A DNA stretch of 64,000 nucleotides from an uncultured Planctomycetia bacterium (GTDB lineage Bacteria; Planctomycetota; Planctomycetia; CAXEIY01): contig CAXEIY010000248.1 of NCBI GenBank assembly GCA_963996245.1, positions 44,701 through 108,700 of the forward strand, given 5' to 3'. This document shows, one piece after another, positions 48,000 through 58,830 of this stretch. The notes below the pieces were generated by a model. It worked only from the letters and a program-made list of their open reading frames with translations. It was not told the origin of the DNA and searched no databases. Every line of letters starts with the position of its first letter. The first letter of the stretch is position 1. Both the position numbers and the translations under genes were made by a program.

Positions 48000-48378
48000 G
48001 GCGCCTCCCGCTGGATTCTTCCACCCTTTCCACTGCCAATGAACGACTTCTAACCGTACGTCCAGCTTTCGTCGTCAGTTGAATTAATGATTTCGAGCAC
48101 TGGGCCAAGGTGATTGGATTCGCTGTTCGTGGAATCATGATTATATCTATATTCTGCGGCAGTGAATCCCGATTCTTTCGGAAAGCTTCACGATATAAAC
48201 GTTTGATACGATTTCTTCTGACTGCATTACCCCATTTACGCGATACGGACACACCAAGACGTCTTAGACCAAGGTCATTTGGAGCCATATACACCAATAG
48301 ATACCTGTCGGCAAAACAGCAACGTCTACGATATACGCGCTGAAAATCATCCGAAGTCTTTAGCGTAGTATCAGACAT
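47983..48378 (-). CDS. rnpA: ribonuclease P protein component
   Basis: [45 protein letters not shown] is the RnpA signature. The track ORF begins at a GTG at 48390; the ATG at 48378 (MSDTTLK) is the likelier start. Confidence 0.8.
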   Translation of the reverse strand: MSDTTLKTSDDFQRVYRRRCCFADRYLLVYMAPNDLGLRRLGVSVSRKWGNAVRRNRIKRLYREAFRKNRDSLPQNIDIIMIPRTANPITLAQCSKSLIQLTTKAGRTVRSRSLAVERVEESSGRRHESVD

Positions 48379-49106
48379 TAACAGAAACACTCACTTAAGG
48401 AACCTCCATGGCTCCTGAAATCCAAGCTACCTTAACCATGGACACGATCTACCGTCTTTGTCTTCTAGGGGGGAGATTTAAATTCCACAATGAATCGGTT
48501 CGTCTTGTGGAGTGGCGACGTTTTATCAGCCAACGCATATGCCGAACACTTAAGCTCACCACTAGAATCATCCCCATACCCAAGAGACATAGGGCTAGCA
48601 AGGCTCCTGAAGCCCGGATGACAAGATCATTCATTCGAGAATCCCTAATCACGACAAAAAAGACCGCGCTGTTTTTGCTCCCAATGGTACCCAACGCTAA
48701 GAACCATGTCGGCATTGAGGAGATACCATTTGCTGACTGCTACCTTAACAGAACGTCCTTTTATTTTAATGTTCTACCTCGAGCATTGCACACATGATCG
48801 TTTCACTGTCTCAAACCGTCGACATCGAATCATCGTCATGTCTGGACAACAGGCAGCAATGTGCCTCTGCCATAGGACTGTCCAAAAAGGAAAACCTGGT
48901 CTGTCGGGTTCCAAGTGTACATGACACAGCCCCAGCTTCTGTATAACCCTGTCCTACACACCCAAAATAAATGCCCCATATCTCGATGTATACCGCAACC
49001 TGTACGTTCGCTGTTTTACAAACCGCATTGGACAATTGAAAATATGGGACTTCGTTCAATCCTATGACTGAACCCGCACACAATGTCTACTCCTGAAATC
49101 CAGAAG

Positions 49107-49562
49107 TCAATCACTCTCTTCGCGAACCAGGACGTCAATCATTTTTTGGCACATTCGTTCACGAGATTCCTCATCCGATGCCATTCGATTGGCGCGAAGA
49201 ATCCGCTGATCGTCGACATATCGTGGAATCAAATGAAAATGCAAATGAGGCACTTCCTGACCTGCTTCTTTCCCACTGTTACATATGAGATTCAGGGCAG
49301 CAGCACCAGTGGCTTCCAATACCACCTGTGACAACCGCGGCAATTCCCCAGCCAGACGGGCCATCGCTTCCGCGGAAATATCCGTTACGGTTGAACAATG
49401 TTCCACAGGTATAACCAATAAATGTCCTGTAGCAATGGGGTTGATATCCAAGAATGCCACAGTTGCTTCGTTCTGTAGAACAATCGACGCTGGAATTTCA
49501 CTCTGAACGATTTTACAAAAAATACAGCTGTCATCGGATCGCATGATGACATCTCCGGACAC
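49107..49562 (-). CDS. HIT-family (histidine triad) nucleotide hydrolase/transferase
   Basis: CIFCKI...VAFLDINPIATGHLLVIPVEH...PHLHFHLIP (HxHxHxx histidine triad). Confidence 0.85.
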   Translation of the reverse strand: MSGDVIMRSDDSCIFCKIVQSEIPASIVLQNEATVAFLDINPIATGHLLVIPVEHCSTVTDISAEAMARLAGELPRLSQVVLEATGAAALNLICNSGKEAGQEVPHLHFHLIPRYVDDQRILRANRMASDEESRERMCQKMIDVLVREESD

Positions 49563-49657
49563 TTCAGCAGGGGATGGACAATATTCAGGCGTTTGCAGAA
49601 AAAGGAACCTAACCTTAGCTGCACAGAAGGCTTTAGGGCCAGAGCCATAAAACGTCT

Positions 49658-50332
49658 TTAATCCTTGTCGTCTTCCGTCTCTTGTCCGGTTTCGCTGTCA
49701 GCTTCAGAGTCCGCCTCTTGCCCGTCGCCGTTGGCTTCTTCAACAGCTGTCTCAACTTCACTGTCAGATTCAGACTCAGCAGACGCTGTTTCAGGCCGTA
49801 CCATGCTTACTTCATCATCACCAACAAACTCAAGAATTGCTGTTGCACCACCATCACCAAGCCGACGTTGGGCACTACGTAAAACGCGTGTATAACCACC
49901 GGCTCTGAATTCAAAACGCGGCGCCAAGGTGCTAAAAAGAACGTCTACAGCCTTCTTGCTGTCAGGATCGCCTCCACCAAGCAAAGCTTGCACCCGTCGC
50001 CTTGCCGCAACTACAGGAGCTCTAGCCGCCGCCCATTCCTGCCATTCTGAGCTACTTTTGTCAGGCGTCTCGTTAGGACCGGATTGAAATTCCTCCGAAG
50101 CACGCTCATGGATCAATGTTCGACGTGCTATTGTGATCAGTCTCTCAACAAATGGCTGGACTTCTTTGGCTTTGGCCATAGTAGTCTTAATTCTTCCAGG
50201 CACGGCTGGCTTCCCTTCAGCATCCTCATCTGCATCTACGGTAATCAGAAGGCTCTTTGCCAAATTCCGCATCAATGCATGTCGATGTGAGTTATTTCTT
50301 CCCAGCTTTCGGCCACGTTTCCTGTGTCGCAT
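49658..50332 (-). CDS. rplQ: 50S ribosomal protein L17 with a long acidic C-terminal extension
   Basis: MRHRKRGRKLGRNNSHRHALMRNLAKSLL...KTTMAKAKEVQPFVERLITIA is the L17 core. The last roughly 60 aa are D/E/S-rich (EVSMVRPETASAESESDSEVETAVEEANGDGQEADSEADSETGQETEDDKD). Start taken as MRHRK at 50332 (track ORF to 50365). Confidence 0.85.
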   Translation of the reverse strand: MRHRKRGRKLGRNNSHRHALMRNLAKSLLITVDADEDAEGKPAVPGRIKTTMAKAKEVQPFVERLITIARRTLIHERASEEFQSGPNETPDKSSSEWQEWAAARAPVVAARRRVQALLGGGDPDSKKAVDVLFSTLAPRFEFRAGGYTRVLRSAQRRLGDGGATAILEFVGDDEVSMVRPETASAESESDSEVETAVEEANGDGQEADSEADSETGQETEDDKD

Positions 50333-50392
50333 AATTCGCTCTTTTACTGAAGTCCCTCTCTTCACAGAGAGAATGAACTAAAATCTCTACCA

Positions 50393-51379
50393 CTAAACAC
50401 CAGTAGCCTGGTGTACCTTCATTCCCAACCTCAAACCAATCTGCTCCAAACGATCGCGAACTTCCGTTAAAGTTGTATCACCAAAATTGCGAACTTGAAG
50501 CAATTCATCTTCACGCCGGCTCACTAAGTCACGAACCGTATTAATATTTTCCATTTCCAGACAATTTGTCGCACGCACAGACAAGTTCAGCTCCGCCAAA
50601 CTCATCCGAAGTTTCTCCTCTAACTCGGTATCCACAAGTGCCGCGTCTTCCATTTCCTCTAAAGCTGCCACTTCAGGACCAGGCTCACTGTAACCCACAA
50701 ACGGCGTCAAATGCTTCCGAAGGATCTTGGAAGATTCAACCAGTGCCATCTCAGGGGTAACGGTACCATTTGTCCAAATTTCAATCGTAAGGCGATCATA
50801 ATTTGTCCGTTGACCGACACGCGTATCTTCAATCTTATATCGAACCCGTTGCACTGGTGAAAAAAGGGCATCTACAGGAATAACTCCCACCTCTTGCTCA
50901 TTTTCACGAATCACCTCGGCCCCTTGATAACCTCGACCATTCTCCAGTGTCATTTCCAGTACAAAAGGGACATCGTCCGTTAAGGTCGCAATGATATGGT
51001 CCGGGTTGAGGATCTCAATTTGATCATCACCGATCACATCGGCAGCGGTCACCACACCTCGCTCATGGCGATCAATACGCAATGTCTTTACACCATCGCC
51101 GTGATTCTTAACCACCAGAGATTTGATGTTCAGAACCAAATCCGTAGCATCTTCCACGACACCTGGCAAGGTCGCAAATTCGTGTTCTGCCCCCTGTATC
51201 TTGACCCGTGTTATTGCGCTGCCTTCCAAACTTGAAAGCATCACTCTGCGCAAACTGTTTCCGACAGTCGCACCAAAGCCCTGCTCAAATGGCTCTGCAA
51301 TAAATCGACCATAAGACGCAGTTGAATGATCACCAACAACCCTATTGGGTAACTCTAATCCACGCCACCTAATTCGCAT
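50393..51379 (-). CDS. rpoA: DNA-directed RNA polymerase subunit alpha
   Basis: N-terminal domain ([38 protein letters not shown]) and C-terminal domain ([47 protein letters not shown]). Confidence 0.9.
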   Translation of the reverse strand: MRIRWRGLELPNRVVGDHSTASYGRFIAEPFEQGFGATVGNSLRRVMLSSLEGSAITRVKIQGAEHEFATLPGVVEDATDLVLNIKSLVVKNHGDGVKTLRIDRHERGVVTAADVIGDDQIEILNPDHIIATLTDDVPFVLEMTLENGRGYQGAEVIRENEQEVGVIPVDALFSPVQRVRYKIEDTRVGQRTNYDRLTIEIWTNGTVTPEMALVESSKILRKHLTPFVGYSEPGPEVAALEEMEDAALVDTELEEKLRMSLAELNLSVRATNCLEMENINTVRDLVSRREDELLQVRNFGDTTLTEVRDRLEQIGLRLGMKVHQATGV

Positions 51380-51518
51380 ATGCGAACCTCCCGTTTAATC
51401 AAGGTCACCTTTTAACGCAACCCACACCAAGAACCAACAGGCCTCATGCTTTCGTTATGACCCACTGAATCGGTGAGAACCTCCAACCCTTAGCGGGAAC
51501 AACCAGCCCGCTTAATGC

Positions 51519-52145
51519 TTACCTTGAGCACATTTCGATAATCAACTGTGCTTGTACCCCAATCGATACATCACCCGAATCCGGCAAGCGTGATACGCGA
51601 CCCTCTGGTGGATCTGCACCGGTCATCTCGAGGAAATCAGGGACCTGCTGGCTCTCATCATCCAGACAAGTTTTTACCCGGTTAACACTCTTCGGACGAT
51701 TTTTCACACCAATACGATCGTCAGAACATACCAGGTAACTGGGAATATCCACACGACGACCGTTTACCAAGATATGGCCATGCTTGACAAGCTGCCGTGC
51801 TGCAGGACGACTGGGAGCGAAACCGAGGCGATACACCACGTTGTCTATACGACGCTCTAAGAGCGAGAAAAGAACTTCGCCCGTATTTCCAGTAGCACGC
51901 TCGGCAGTACGGAAATAGTTCAAGAACTGACGCTCGAATACACCGTAGTATCGCTTTACCTTCTGCTTTTCCCGCAGATGGTCAGCATAATCACTCTGCT
52001 TACCTCGACGCCATTTATGCATCCCCGGAGGTGATTCACGACGATCCACCGCACACTTCGGGGAATCACACCGCGCCCCCTTTAAAAACAGCTTCGTCCC
52101 TTCTCTGCGGCAAAGCCGACAAACTGCACCCGTTGTCCGTCCCAT
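51519..52145 (-). CDS. rpsD: 30S ribosomal protein S4
   Basis: [23 protein letters not shown] zinc-finger-like N-terminus. S4 domain ...[39 protein letters not shown]. Confidence 0.9.
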   Translation of the reverse strand: [208 protein letters not shown]

Positions 52146-52301
52146 ATTCTTCCCGTAATACCCTGAACTGCGATCTGCTTAAAGAGCCTGTTAAACCTCG
52201 AATCAATCTACCACAAGTAATTCATACGAAATCTACTGTAGCGCCTCTCAAACTTATCTCAGAACGAAAGTGTTCCTTGTATCACTGAATCCCGAAACTA
52301 A

Positions 52302-52682
52302 TTACACGCGACGCTTCTTCGGCGGCCTGCATCCATTATGGGGTAACGGGGTAACATCCTCAATTAAACGAATAGTTAAACCCGAGGAAGACAATCCCGT
52401 AATCGCACTCTCACGCCCCGATCCCGGCCCCTTAACTTTCACCTCGATTTCCTGCAAACCAAATTTTGACGCCTTCTCAGCCACTGACTCCGCTGCACGT
52501 TGAGCGGCAAAGGGCGTACTTTTCCGACTCCCCTTGAATCCTACCATTCCGGCAGAAGTCCAGCACAACACATCACCATTCACATCCGTAATCGTAATAG
52601 TCGTATTATTGAAAGTCGATTTGATGTGAGCGATACCACGAGTAATATTTCGCCTGACTTTTCGCCTCTTCGATTTTGCCAC
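52302..52682 (-). CDS. rpsK: 30S ribosomal protein S11
   Basis: [30 protein letters not shown]...[11 protein letters not shown]...[25 protein letters not shown]. Confidence 0.9.
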   Translation of the reverse strand: MAKSKRRKVRRNITRGIAHIKSTFNNTTITITDVNGDVLCWTSAGMVGFKGSRKSTPFAAQRAAESVAEKASKFGLQEIEVKVKGPGSGRESAITGLSSSGLTIRLIEDVTPLPHNGCRPPKKRRV

Positions 52683-52755
52683 TGTGTTTACCTTTTATTC
52701 CGATTATCCTTGACCAACTATTCACCATTCTGATTTCAAAAAATCATTCGCTGAT

Positions 52756-53139
52756 TTAACGAATATCTTTGACACCCTTCTTGCCGGCAACGGTTTTCTT
52801 CGGGCCTTTTCTCGACCTCGCATTGGTCCTCGTTCGCTGGCCGCGAACAGGCAAACCACGGCGATGACGCAATCCTCGATAACACCCAATGTCGCGTAAC
52901 CGGGCTATGTTCTGTTGTAACTGTCGTCGCAACTGCCCTTCAATGACATAGTCCTGGTCCAGAAGTGTTGCAATACGCCCGATTTCGTCTTCACTCAAAT
53001 CTCTTGCGCGTCGCTGCGGATCCACTTGAGTCTTGTGGCAAATTTCCCGCGCCAGTGTATTGCCAACCCCGAAAAGCCGGGTGAGCGCAATAGCTGTCGG
53101 TTTGTCATTCGGTACATCCACACCCAAAATTCGCGGCAT
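52756..53139 (-). CDS. rpsM: 30S ribosomal protein S13
   Basis: MPRILGVDVPNDKPTAIALTRLFGVG...CYRGLRHRRGLPVRGQRTRTNARSRKGP. Confidence 0.9.
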   Translation of the reverse strand: MPRILGVDVPNDKPTAIALTRLFGVGNTLAREICHKTQVDPQRRARDLSEDEIGRIATLLDQDYVIEGQLRRQLQQNIARLRDIGCYRGLRHRRGLPVRGQRTRTNARSRKGPKKTVAGKKGVKDIR

Positions 53140-53163
53140 ATTTAAATTCCCCTGCTGTTCCGA

Positions 53164-53277
53164 TTAGCCTTGGCGCTGCTTATGTCTTGGATTAGAACAA
53201 ATGACGAAAACCACTCCCTTGCGGCGCACTACCCTGCAATTCTCGCAAAACCGTTTCACGCTCGAACGCACCTTCAT
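53164..53277 (-). CDS. rpmJ: 50S ribosomal protein L36 (zinc-binding form), missed by the ORF track
   Basis: Hand translation of the minus strand gives [37 protein letters not shown] (37 aa, C-x2-C-x12-C-x4-H). It sits 24 nt upstream of rpsM in the canonical position. Coordinates are +/-2 nt. Confidence 0.8.
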   Translation of the reverse strand: MKVRSSVKRFCENCRVVRRKGVVFVICSNPRHKQRQG

Positions 53278-53433
53278 TTCACATCTCCAGAACCATTACT
53301 CTTACAGCGGCTTAAACAAGAGAGTATAGATTGGCGAGAGTTCAATACACAAGCCCAAAGTGCAAACCTCTCTTGATTACTCAGAGGCGTTTTTATCTTG
53401 TCCACTCAACTACCATCACAATAGCATTCCCAT

Positions 53434-54213
53434 TTATCCTTGTTCATCCAACTCCGTTAAAATTCTAACACCATCAGGCGTGATTGCCACCGTATGCTCA
53501 CAATGCGCACTTGGCTTCCCATCCTTGGTAACAACCGTCCACCCATCGGAACAGGGATACGTCTCTTTACTCCCCATATTTACCATCGGCTCTACCGCCA
53601 CCACCAAACCCGGTTCCAGTAACACATCATTTCTTCTCAGGGCTGCATTCACAAAATTAGGAATCTGTGGTTCCTCGTGTAAGGCCTGGCCTATCCCGTG
53701 TCCAACATAATTTTCGACCGATGAAAAACCGGCATCGCGAACATAGCACTCCATCTTTTCGGCAACTTGTGACCACCGTTCCTGATTGGCCATTTCGTCA
53801 ATAGCCAACTGCAATACTTCTTCCGTTATCTGAACTAGTCTCCGCACTTCCGGATCAACTTCCCCTACCATTACCGTAATTGCCGAATCGCCACACCAAC
53901 CTGCAATCTTACAACCGGTATCAATGCTTACAATATCTCCTTCACGAATCTGCCGCTGACCAGGAATTCCATGTACGACTTCTTCATTAACAGAGATGCA
54001 AATCACAGAAGGAAATTCCGATTTCGGACCGGGGTACCCTTTGAACAAAGAAAGGGCACTATGCTCCCGAAAAACTTCTTCAACCGCTTGATCGATCTCC
54101 TCGGTTGTAACTCCTGGCACACATTTGCTTCTCGCAACGGAAAGAGCCTGGGCAACGACTCTACCTGATACTCTCATCAACTCAACTTCACGTGGGCTCT
54201 TCAATGTTTTCAT
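53434..54213 (-). CDS. map: type I methionine aminopeptidase
   Basis: Metal ligands in GIPGQRQIREGDIVSIDTG, HGIGQALHEEPQIPNF, and EPMVNMG...CEHTVAIT. Confidence 0.9.
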   Translation of the reverse strand: MKTLKSPREVELMRVSGRVVAQALSVARSKCVPGVTTEEIDQAVEEVFREHSALSLFKGYPGPKSEFPSVICISVNEEVVHGIPGQRQIREGDIVSIDTGCKIAGWCGDSAITVMVGEVDPEVRRLVQITEEVLQLAIDEMANQERWSQVAEKMECYVRDAGFSSVENYVGHGIGQALHEEPQIPNFVNAALRRNDVLLEPGLVVAVEPMVNMGSKETYPCSDGWTVVTKDGKPSAHCEHTVAITPDGVRILTELDEQG

Positions 54214-54265
54214 GATTTATATTCGTAACCGTTTTTTATTTCCCAAAGGGCTCTGACAGCTGAAT

Positions 54266-54919
54266 CTATTTGGTTTCAATCAACGCCAACAGCCTCTGCC
54301 CAACCTGCTCGACTGTCCCGATCCCATCGAACTCTTTTAGTAGTGAGCGTTGTCGATAATACTCGATCAACGGAATGGTCTCTTCATGATATATCCGCAA
54401 CCGATTACGAACCGTTTCCTGATGGTCATCGTCGCGCTGAATTAACCGATTTCCACATCCATCGCATATTCCGTCTCGTTGAGAAGGATCATACTTAATG
54501 TGAAAGACTTTTTGGCAATCAGGTTCCGTACAAACACGCCTGCCGCTTAAGCGATCAACAATCTCACTATCACTCACCAACGGCAACAATACTCCATCCA
54601 ATTGCTTGGATGACTTTTCCAGAAACTGCCCGAGTGCCTCTGCCTGCCCCATCGTTCTTGGAAAACCATCTAGTAAGAATCCTGAATCGCAATCATCCTG
54701 ATCTATCCGATTCACGACAACCGCCGTCACAAGATCATCCGGAACCAGTTCACCTCGTTTCAGATAAGGATCCACCTGTAATCCGACCTCGTTACTCTCT
54801 GCTACAGCTTGACGAAACATGGCGCCGGTTGAAAGATGAAGCACGGATACCGTGTCTACAACACGCTGAGCTTGGGTGCCTTTTCCAGAACCGGGAGGAC
54901 CAAGTAAAATCAGACGCAT
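54266..54919 (-). CDS. adk: adenylate kinase (Cys4 lid-domain form)
   Basis: MRLILLGPPGSGKGTQAQ P-loop. The lid has CTEPDCQKV...CDGCGNRL (Zn-binding type). Start taken at MRLILL at 54919 (track ORF 54940). Confidence 0.9.
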   Translation of the reverse strand: MRLILLGPPGSGKGTQAQRVVDTVSVLHLSTGAMFRQAVAESNEVGLQVDPYLKRGELVPDDLVTAVVVNRIDQDDCDSGFLLDGFPRTMGQAEALGQFLEKSSKQLDGVLLPLVSDSEIVDRLSGRRVCTEPDCQKVFHIKYDPSQRDGICDGCGNRLIQRDDDHQETVRNRLRIYHEETIPLIEYYRQRSLLKEFDGIGTVEQVGQRLLALIETK

Positions 54920-55017
54920 AATGCCACCGCAATTTATCATGGAACGTGTAACCGAAACTGTAGCAGATTGCGGAAACGCACTTTTGCATCCCCATGCAGC
55001 ACAATCCCACCAGCAGG

Positions 55018-56349
55018 CTATTCCATCAATCCGGAATAATTTCGCATGACTAAATGGCTGTCTATTTTCTGTACCAAATCAAGCGCCACACTTACAACAA
55101 TCAGTAAGCCCGTTCCTCCGAAAAAGCTAGCTACCATATAATCCACATTCAACAAACCACTCACCACGGTTGGAATTATCGCTACGACAGCAAGGAATGC
55201 AGCGCCTACATAGGTGATACGCAGCATTACTTTTTCCAAGTAATCAGCCGTACGCTTTCCAGGACGATAACCCGGAATAAAACTGCCTACGTCCTTCAGA
55301 TTACTAGCCATGTCCTTGGGATTAAACGTAATGGATGTCCAGAAGTAACAGAAGAAATATATCATTGCGACATACAATACATTGTATACATATGCCCGAT
55401 CCCCCAAGGTCTGCGTCATGAAGCCCAACGGCTCCCAAGGAAAAGCAGATGCCAAGGCTCGTAAAAGAAAAGACGGGATCATCAGTAAGCTCGATGCAAA
55501 TATAATTGGCATCACACCCGCTTGATTTATTCGCAACGGCAGATATTGACGCTGGCCACCAAAAACACGACGTCCTCGAACGTGTTTTGCACTCTGCGTA
55601 GGAATTCGTCGCTGTGCCTGTGTCATGGTAATCACTCCGGTGATCACCGCTACAAATAAGCCGGCCAAGATAAGAACGGTTGTCAAATCGTAACCACCCG
55701 ACGAACTGCTGCCGAGCGTAAGAGTGGCATTGGAAAACAACTGAAACAACGCAGATGGGGCTCGCGCCAAGATGCCAGCCATAATGAGCAAACTGATACC
55801 ATTGCCAATCCCGTACTCATCGATCTGTTCACCCATCCACATCAGGAAGACGGTTCCCGCTGTCATGGTAAGCACGGCAGACAACTGATATCCAAAACTG
55901 TTATAGCCATCGATTATCAATCCACTGCTATTCAAATACTGGATCCACATGGTGCTCTGAAACAAACAAAGGACTACGGTAGCATAACGCGTATACTCAT
56001 TGATTTTTTTCCGACCGCTCTCACCTTCCTTTTGCAGTTTCTCTAAAGCAGGAACCACACTGGCCATAAGTTGAAAAACGATCGACGCGGATATATAGGG
56101 CATGATACCGAGACCAAATATGGTACTCATGCCTACGCTGCTAGCTGAAAACATCGACATATAATTCAGCACTTGGCCAAATCCACCAGACCCCTGTGTC
56201 TGGCTCGTCCAAGATTCCATCGCACTTTGATCCACAATAGGCAGGGGGACCCACCACCCCACACGATAAAGACAAAGCAGCGCAAGAGTAAGAAATATTT
56301 TGTTTCTTAACTCTGGAATAGTAAATACAATTACAATCTTGTTAATCAC
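55018..56349 (-). CDS. secY: preprotein translocase subunit SecY
   Basis: 443 aa with 10 TM segments. Conserved GIMPYISASIV and GTVFLMWMGEQI motifs. Confidence 0.9.
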   Translation of the reverse strand: MINKIVIVFTIPELRNKIFLTLALLCLYRVGWWVPLPIVDQSAMESWTSQTQGSGGFGQVLNYMSMFSASSVGMSTIFGLGIMPYISASIVFQLMASVVPALEKLQKEGESGRKKINEYTRYATVVLCLFQSTMWIQYLNSSGLIIDGYNSFGYQLSAVLTMTAGTVFLMWMGEQIDEYGIGNGISLLIMAGILARAPSALFQLFSNATLTLGSSSSGGYDLTTVLILAGLFVAVITGVITMTQAQRRIPTQSAKHVRGRRVFGGQRQYLPLRINQAGVMPIIFASSLLMIPSFLLRALASAFPWEPLGFMTQTLGDRAYVYNVLYVAMIYFFCYFWTSITFNPKDMASNLKDVGSFIPGYRPGKRTADYLEKVMLRITYVGAAFLAVVAIIPTVVSGLLNVDYMVASFFGGTGLLIVVSVALDLVQKIDSHLVMRNYSGLME

Positions 56350-56395
56350 GGGAGCCGGCTCCCCGACTGGCTAATGAGATACCACTTCCACGGCC

Positions 56396-56839
56396 CTAAA
56401 CAATTACGACTGTCCCACCCGATTTTTCTATCTTTTCCTGGGCAGTCTTAGAAAAACGATTGGACTCAACCGTTAGTGATTTGGTCAATTCTCCGTTACC
56501 GAGAATCTTCACACCATCAAATCGCCCCTTGACCAAGCCCGCCTCAAGCAACCCCTCTGTGTCAACGGTAGCACCCGCTTCAAAATTTCTTTCCAAAGCA
56601 GCAAGATTGACCACCACAAACGTTTTTCTCCACCGATTATTAAACCCTCTCTTGGGAATTCGACGTGCCAAGGGCATCTGACCACCCTCAAACCCTCGCG
56701 GAGGAAGACTTCCGGCGCGACTTCGCTGCCCCTTATGCCCTCGTCCAGCGGTCTTCCCTTGGCCGCTGCCAGGACCACGTCCAATCCGTTTTTTTGATTT
56801 GCGAGAAGCCACTCCCTGATGTACATCGTGCAGTTGCAT
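56396..56839 (-). CDS. rplO: 50S ribosomal protein L15
   Basis: KKRIGRGPGSGQGKTAGRGHKGQRSRAG...GQMPLARRIPKRGF. Confidence 0.9.
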   Translation of the reverse strand: MQLHDVHQGVASRKSKKRIGRGPGSGQGKTAGRGHKGQRSRAGSLPPRGFEGGQMPLARRIPKRGFNNRWRKTFVVVNLAALERNFEAGATVDTEGLLEAGLVKGRFDGVKILGNGELTKSLTVESNRFSKTAQEKIEKSGGTVVIV

Positions 56840-57318
56840 TACAGCGATACCCCCCTAAGTCTTTCTACTTCACTGCGACTACGAAGGCTGCGAAGACCAT
56901 TGATGGTCGCTTTTACCAGATTGACTGGATTACTAGACCCAAACGATTTGGTTAAAACATCCTGAATCCCAGCGGATTCCACTACAGCTCGCACACTGGC
57001 ACCAGCAATGACACCCGTACCTGGACTTGCAGGCAACAAGATCACTTTTGCCGCGCCAAAACGTCCTACGACGCGATGAGGTATCGTCTTGCCCTCCAAT
57101 GCAACTTCCACCATGTTGCGCGATCCATCTTTCATGGCCTTCTCTACGGCAGGAGGAACCTCCGTTGCCTTCCCATACCCCCAGCCAATTCGCCCCTGGT
57201 GATTTCCCACAACCACGAGCGCATTAAAGCTGAATCGCCGACCACCTTTCACAACCGCCGCGCAACGGCGGATGTGCACCACCCTCTCATCCTGATCTGT
57301 TCGTGTTTCAGTCGCCAC
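56839..57318 (-). CDS. rpsE: 30S ribosomal protein S5
   Basis: VVHIRRCAAVVKGGRRFSFNALVVVGNHQGRIGWGYGKATEVPPAVEKA...SPGTGVIAGASVRAVVESAGI. There is a 1-nt overlap with rplO. No rpmD (L30) lies between them. Confidence 0.9.
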   Translation of the reverse strand: MATETRTDQDERVVHIRRCAAVVKGGRRFSFNALVVVGNHQGRIGWGYGKATEVPPAVEKAMKDGSRNMVEVALEGKTIPHRVVGRFGAAKVILLPASPGTGVIAGASVRAVVESAGIQDVLTKSFGSSNPVNLVKATINGLRSLRSRSEVERLRGVSL

Positions 57319-57342
57319 AGTTCACCGATTCCCTCTAAAAAA

Positions 57343-57711
57343 TCAAAATTGGAGACCACCTTCACGAAGTGCATCCGCGAGGGCCGCCACTCGACCATGA
57401 TACTTGTATTCATGACGGTCAAACGCCACTTTCTGAACGCCCTTATCCTTCACTCGCTGAGCAAGCAGTTTTCCAACTTCGCTGGCCGCCAGCTTACTAG
57501 ATCCTCCGGACTGCTTTTGCTTGAATTCCGGATCAAGCGTACTTGCTGAAGCCAGAGTACAGCCCTCATGGTCATTAATCACTTGCGCGTAAATATGCTT
57601 GGAACTTCTATACACGGAAACCCGCGGGCGATCGGCAGTACCGACAATACGATTTCGCACGCGCCACCTTCGCCTTTGACGCTGTTTCTGTAAAAATTTT
57701 TCTCGGTTCAT
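57343..57711 (-). CDS. rplR: 50S ribosomal protein L18
   Basis: [30 protein letters not shown]...[19 protein letters not shown]. Confidence 0.9.
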   Translation of the reverse strand: MNREKFLQKQRQRRRWRVRNRIVGTADRPRVSVYRSSKHIYAQVINDHEGCTLASASTLDPEFKQKQSGGSSKLAASEVGKLLAQRVKDKGVQKVAFDRHEYKYHGRVAALADALREGGLQF

Positions 57712-57767
57712 CGTTTTCTGTCTTATCCGGACAAACTATTGTAATAAGCAACCTCAGGAGCCAATGC

Positions 57768-58319
57768 CTATGCACCACTTGCAAATGCCTTACCTGCCTT
57801 GCGTCTAATTTGCTCACCCTGATATCGAATACCCTTCCCCTTGTATGGCTCCGGTGGACGAATCTTACGCACTACGGCCGCAAATTGGCCAACCGCCTGT
57901 TTGTCCGCTCCTCGCACCACCACATGCGTAGGGTCTGGTGTTTCGACATTCAAACCCGACGGGATCGCAACCAACACCGGCTTGGCAAATCCAACAGAAA
58001 CCTCAAGGCTATCTCCTTTTAAATTCGCCTGATACCCAACCCCCACAATCTCCAGGCGTTTCTCAAAGCCTTTTACCACGCCGGTCACCATATTCTGAAT
58101 TAAACTACGCGTCAATCCATGGAATGCCCGAGCCTGCTTCTCATCTCCCTGTCTTTTCACCTCAATCAGACGTGAAGATTCATCAAACCCTACTTCTATG
58201 CCAGCGGGAAACCCCCACTGCAACTTCCCCATCGCTCCCTCAATGGCAACACTTCGGTTGTCAATCTGAACACTGACCCCCGAAGGAACCTCCACTGGCT
58301 TTCGACCGATTCTTGACAT
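57768..58319 (-). CDS. rplF: 50S ribosomal protein L6
   Basis: MSRIGRKPVEVPSGVSVQIDNRSVAIEG... Start taken at MSRIG (track ORF to 58361). Confidence 0.9.
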   Translation of the reverse strand: MSRIGRKPVEVPSGVSVQIDNRSVAIEGAMGKLQWGFPAGIEVGFDESSRLIEVKRQGDEKQARAFHGLTRSLIQNMVTGVVKGFEKRLEIVGVGYQANLKGDSLEVSVGFAKPVLVAIPSGLNVETPDPTHVVVRGADKQAVGQFAAVVRKIRPPEPYKGKGIRYQGEQIRRKAGKAFASGA

Positions 58320-58364
58320 AAAAGCCTCTCCACTACGACCAACGCTCAACACCCATACCAACTA

Positions 58365-58760
58365 CTACCAAACCATACAAAGAACTTCGCCACCTACTTT
58401 TTCACGGCGGGCTTCACGATCACTTAATATCCCTTTATTGGTACTCAGAATACTGATTCCCAAACCATCTAAAACAGGCTTCAAATTCTCGACACCCTGA
58501 TACACCCGCCTGCCGGGCTTGCTGGTTCTTTGAATATTCTGAATTAACTTCTCCCCATTCGGCCCGTATTTCAAATCCACCTTCAGTTGATTACAGGGAG
58601 TGTCTTCTATCACCGTCCAATCCCAGATATACCCCTCTCTCTTGAGCGAGTCAGCAACACCCTGTTTCATCAAGGAACTAGGCATCTGCACAGAGGCTCG
58701 CTCAATACGGACCGCGTTACGAATTCTGGTCAACATGTCCGCAATTGGATCGGTCATCAT
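58365..58760 (-). CDS. rpsH: 30S ribosomal protein S8
   Basis: MMTDPIADMLTRIRNAVRIERASVQMPSS... Confidence 0.9.
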   Translation of the reverse strand: MMTDPIADMLTRIRNAVRIERASVQMPSSLMKQGVADSLKREGYIWDWTVIEDTPCNQLKVDLKYGPNGEKLIQNIQRTSKPGRRVYQGVENLKPVLDGLGISILSTNKGILSDREARREKVGGEVLCMVW

Positions 58761-58830
58761 GAGCTGGGCTCCCACTTTCCAAACAAAACTACTTCTTACC
58801 GCTTAACACGGGGCGTCTACTTCCTCTTGC

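Noticed and set aside
48391-48600. Searched by hand translation for rpmH (L34) directly upstream of rnpA.
   Set aside because: All three minus-strand frames give non-basic or stop-interrupted peptides (for example MVKVAWISGAMEVP*, MSLGYGDDSSGELKCSAYALADKTSPLHKTNRFIVEFKSPP*). None resembles MKRTFQPS...HGFRARM. I cannot exclude a divergent L34 further into the gap.
48600-48920. Possible RNase P RNA P4-like motifs (AGCCCGGAT about 48610; GGAACCCGACAG about 48915, minus strand).
   Set aside because: They give only 8/10 partial matches to the bacterial P4 consensus, with inconsistent orientation and spacing. They do not support a call without covariance-model search.
53278-53433. Looked for infA (IF-1) between map and rpmJ.
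   Set aside because: Only 156 nt are available, which is shorter than the roughly 216-nt gene, and the translation does not resemble IF-1.
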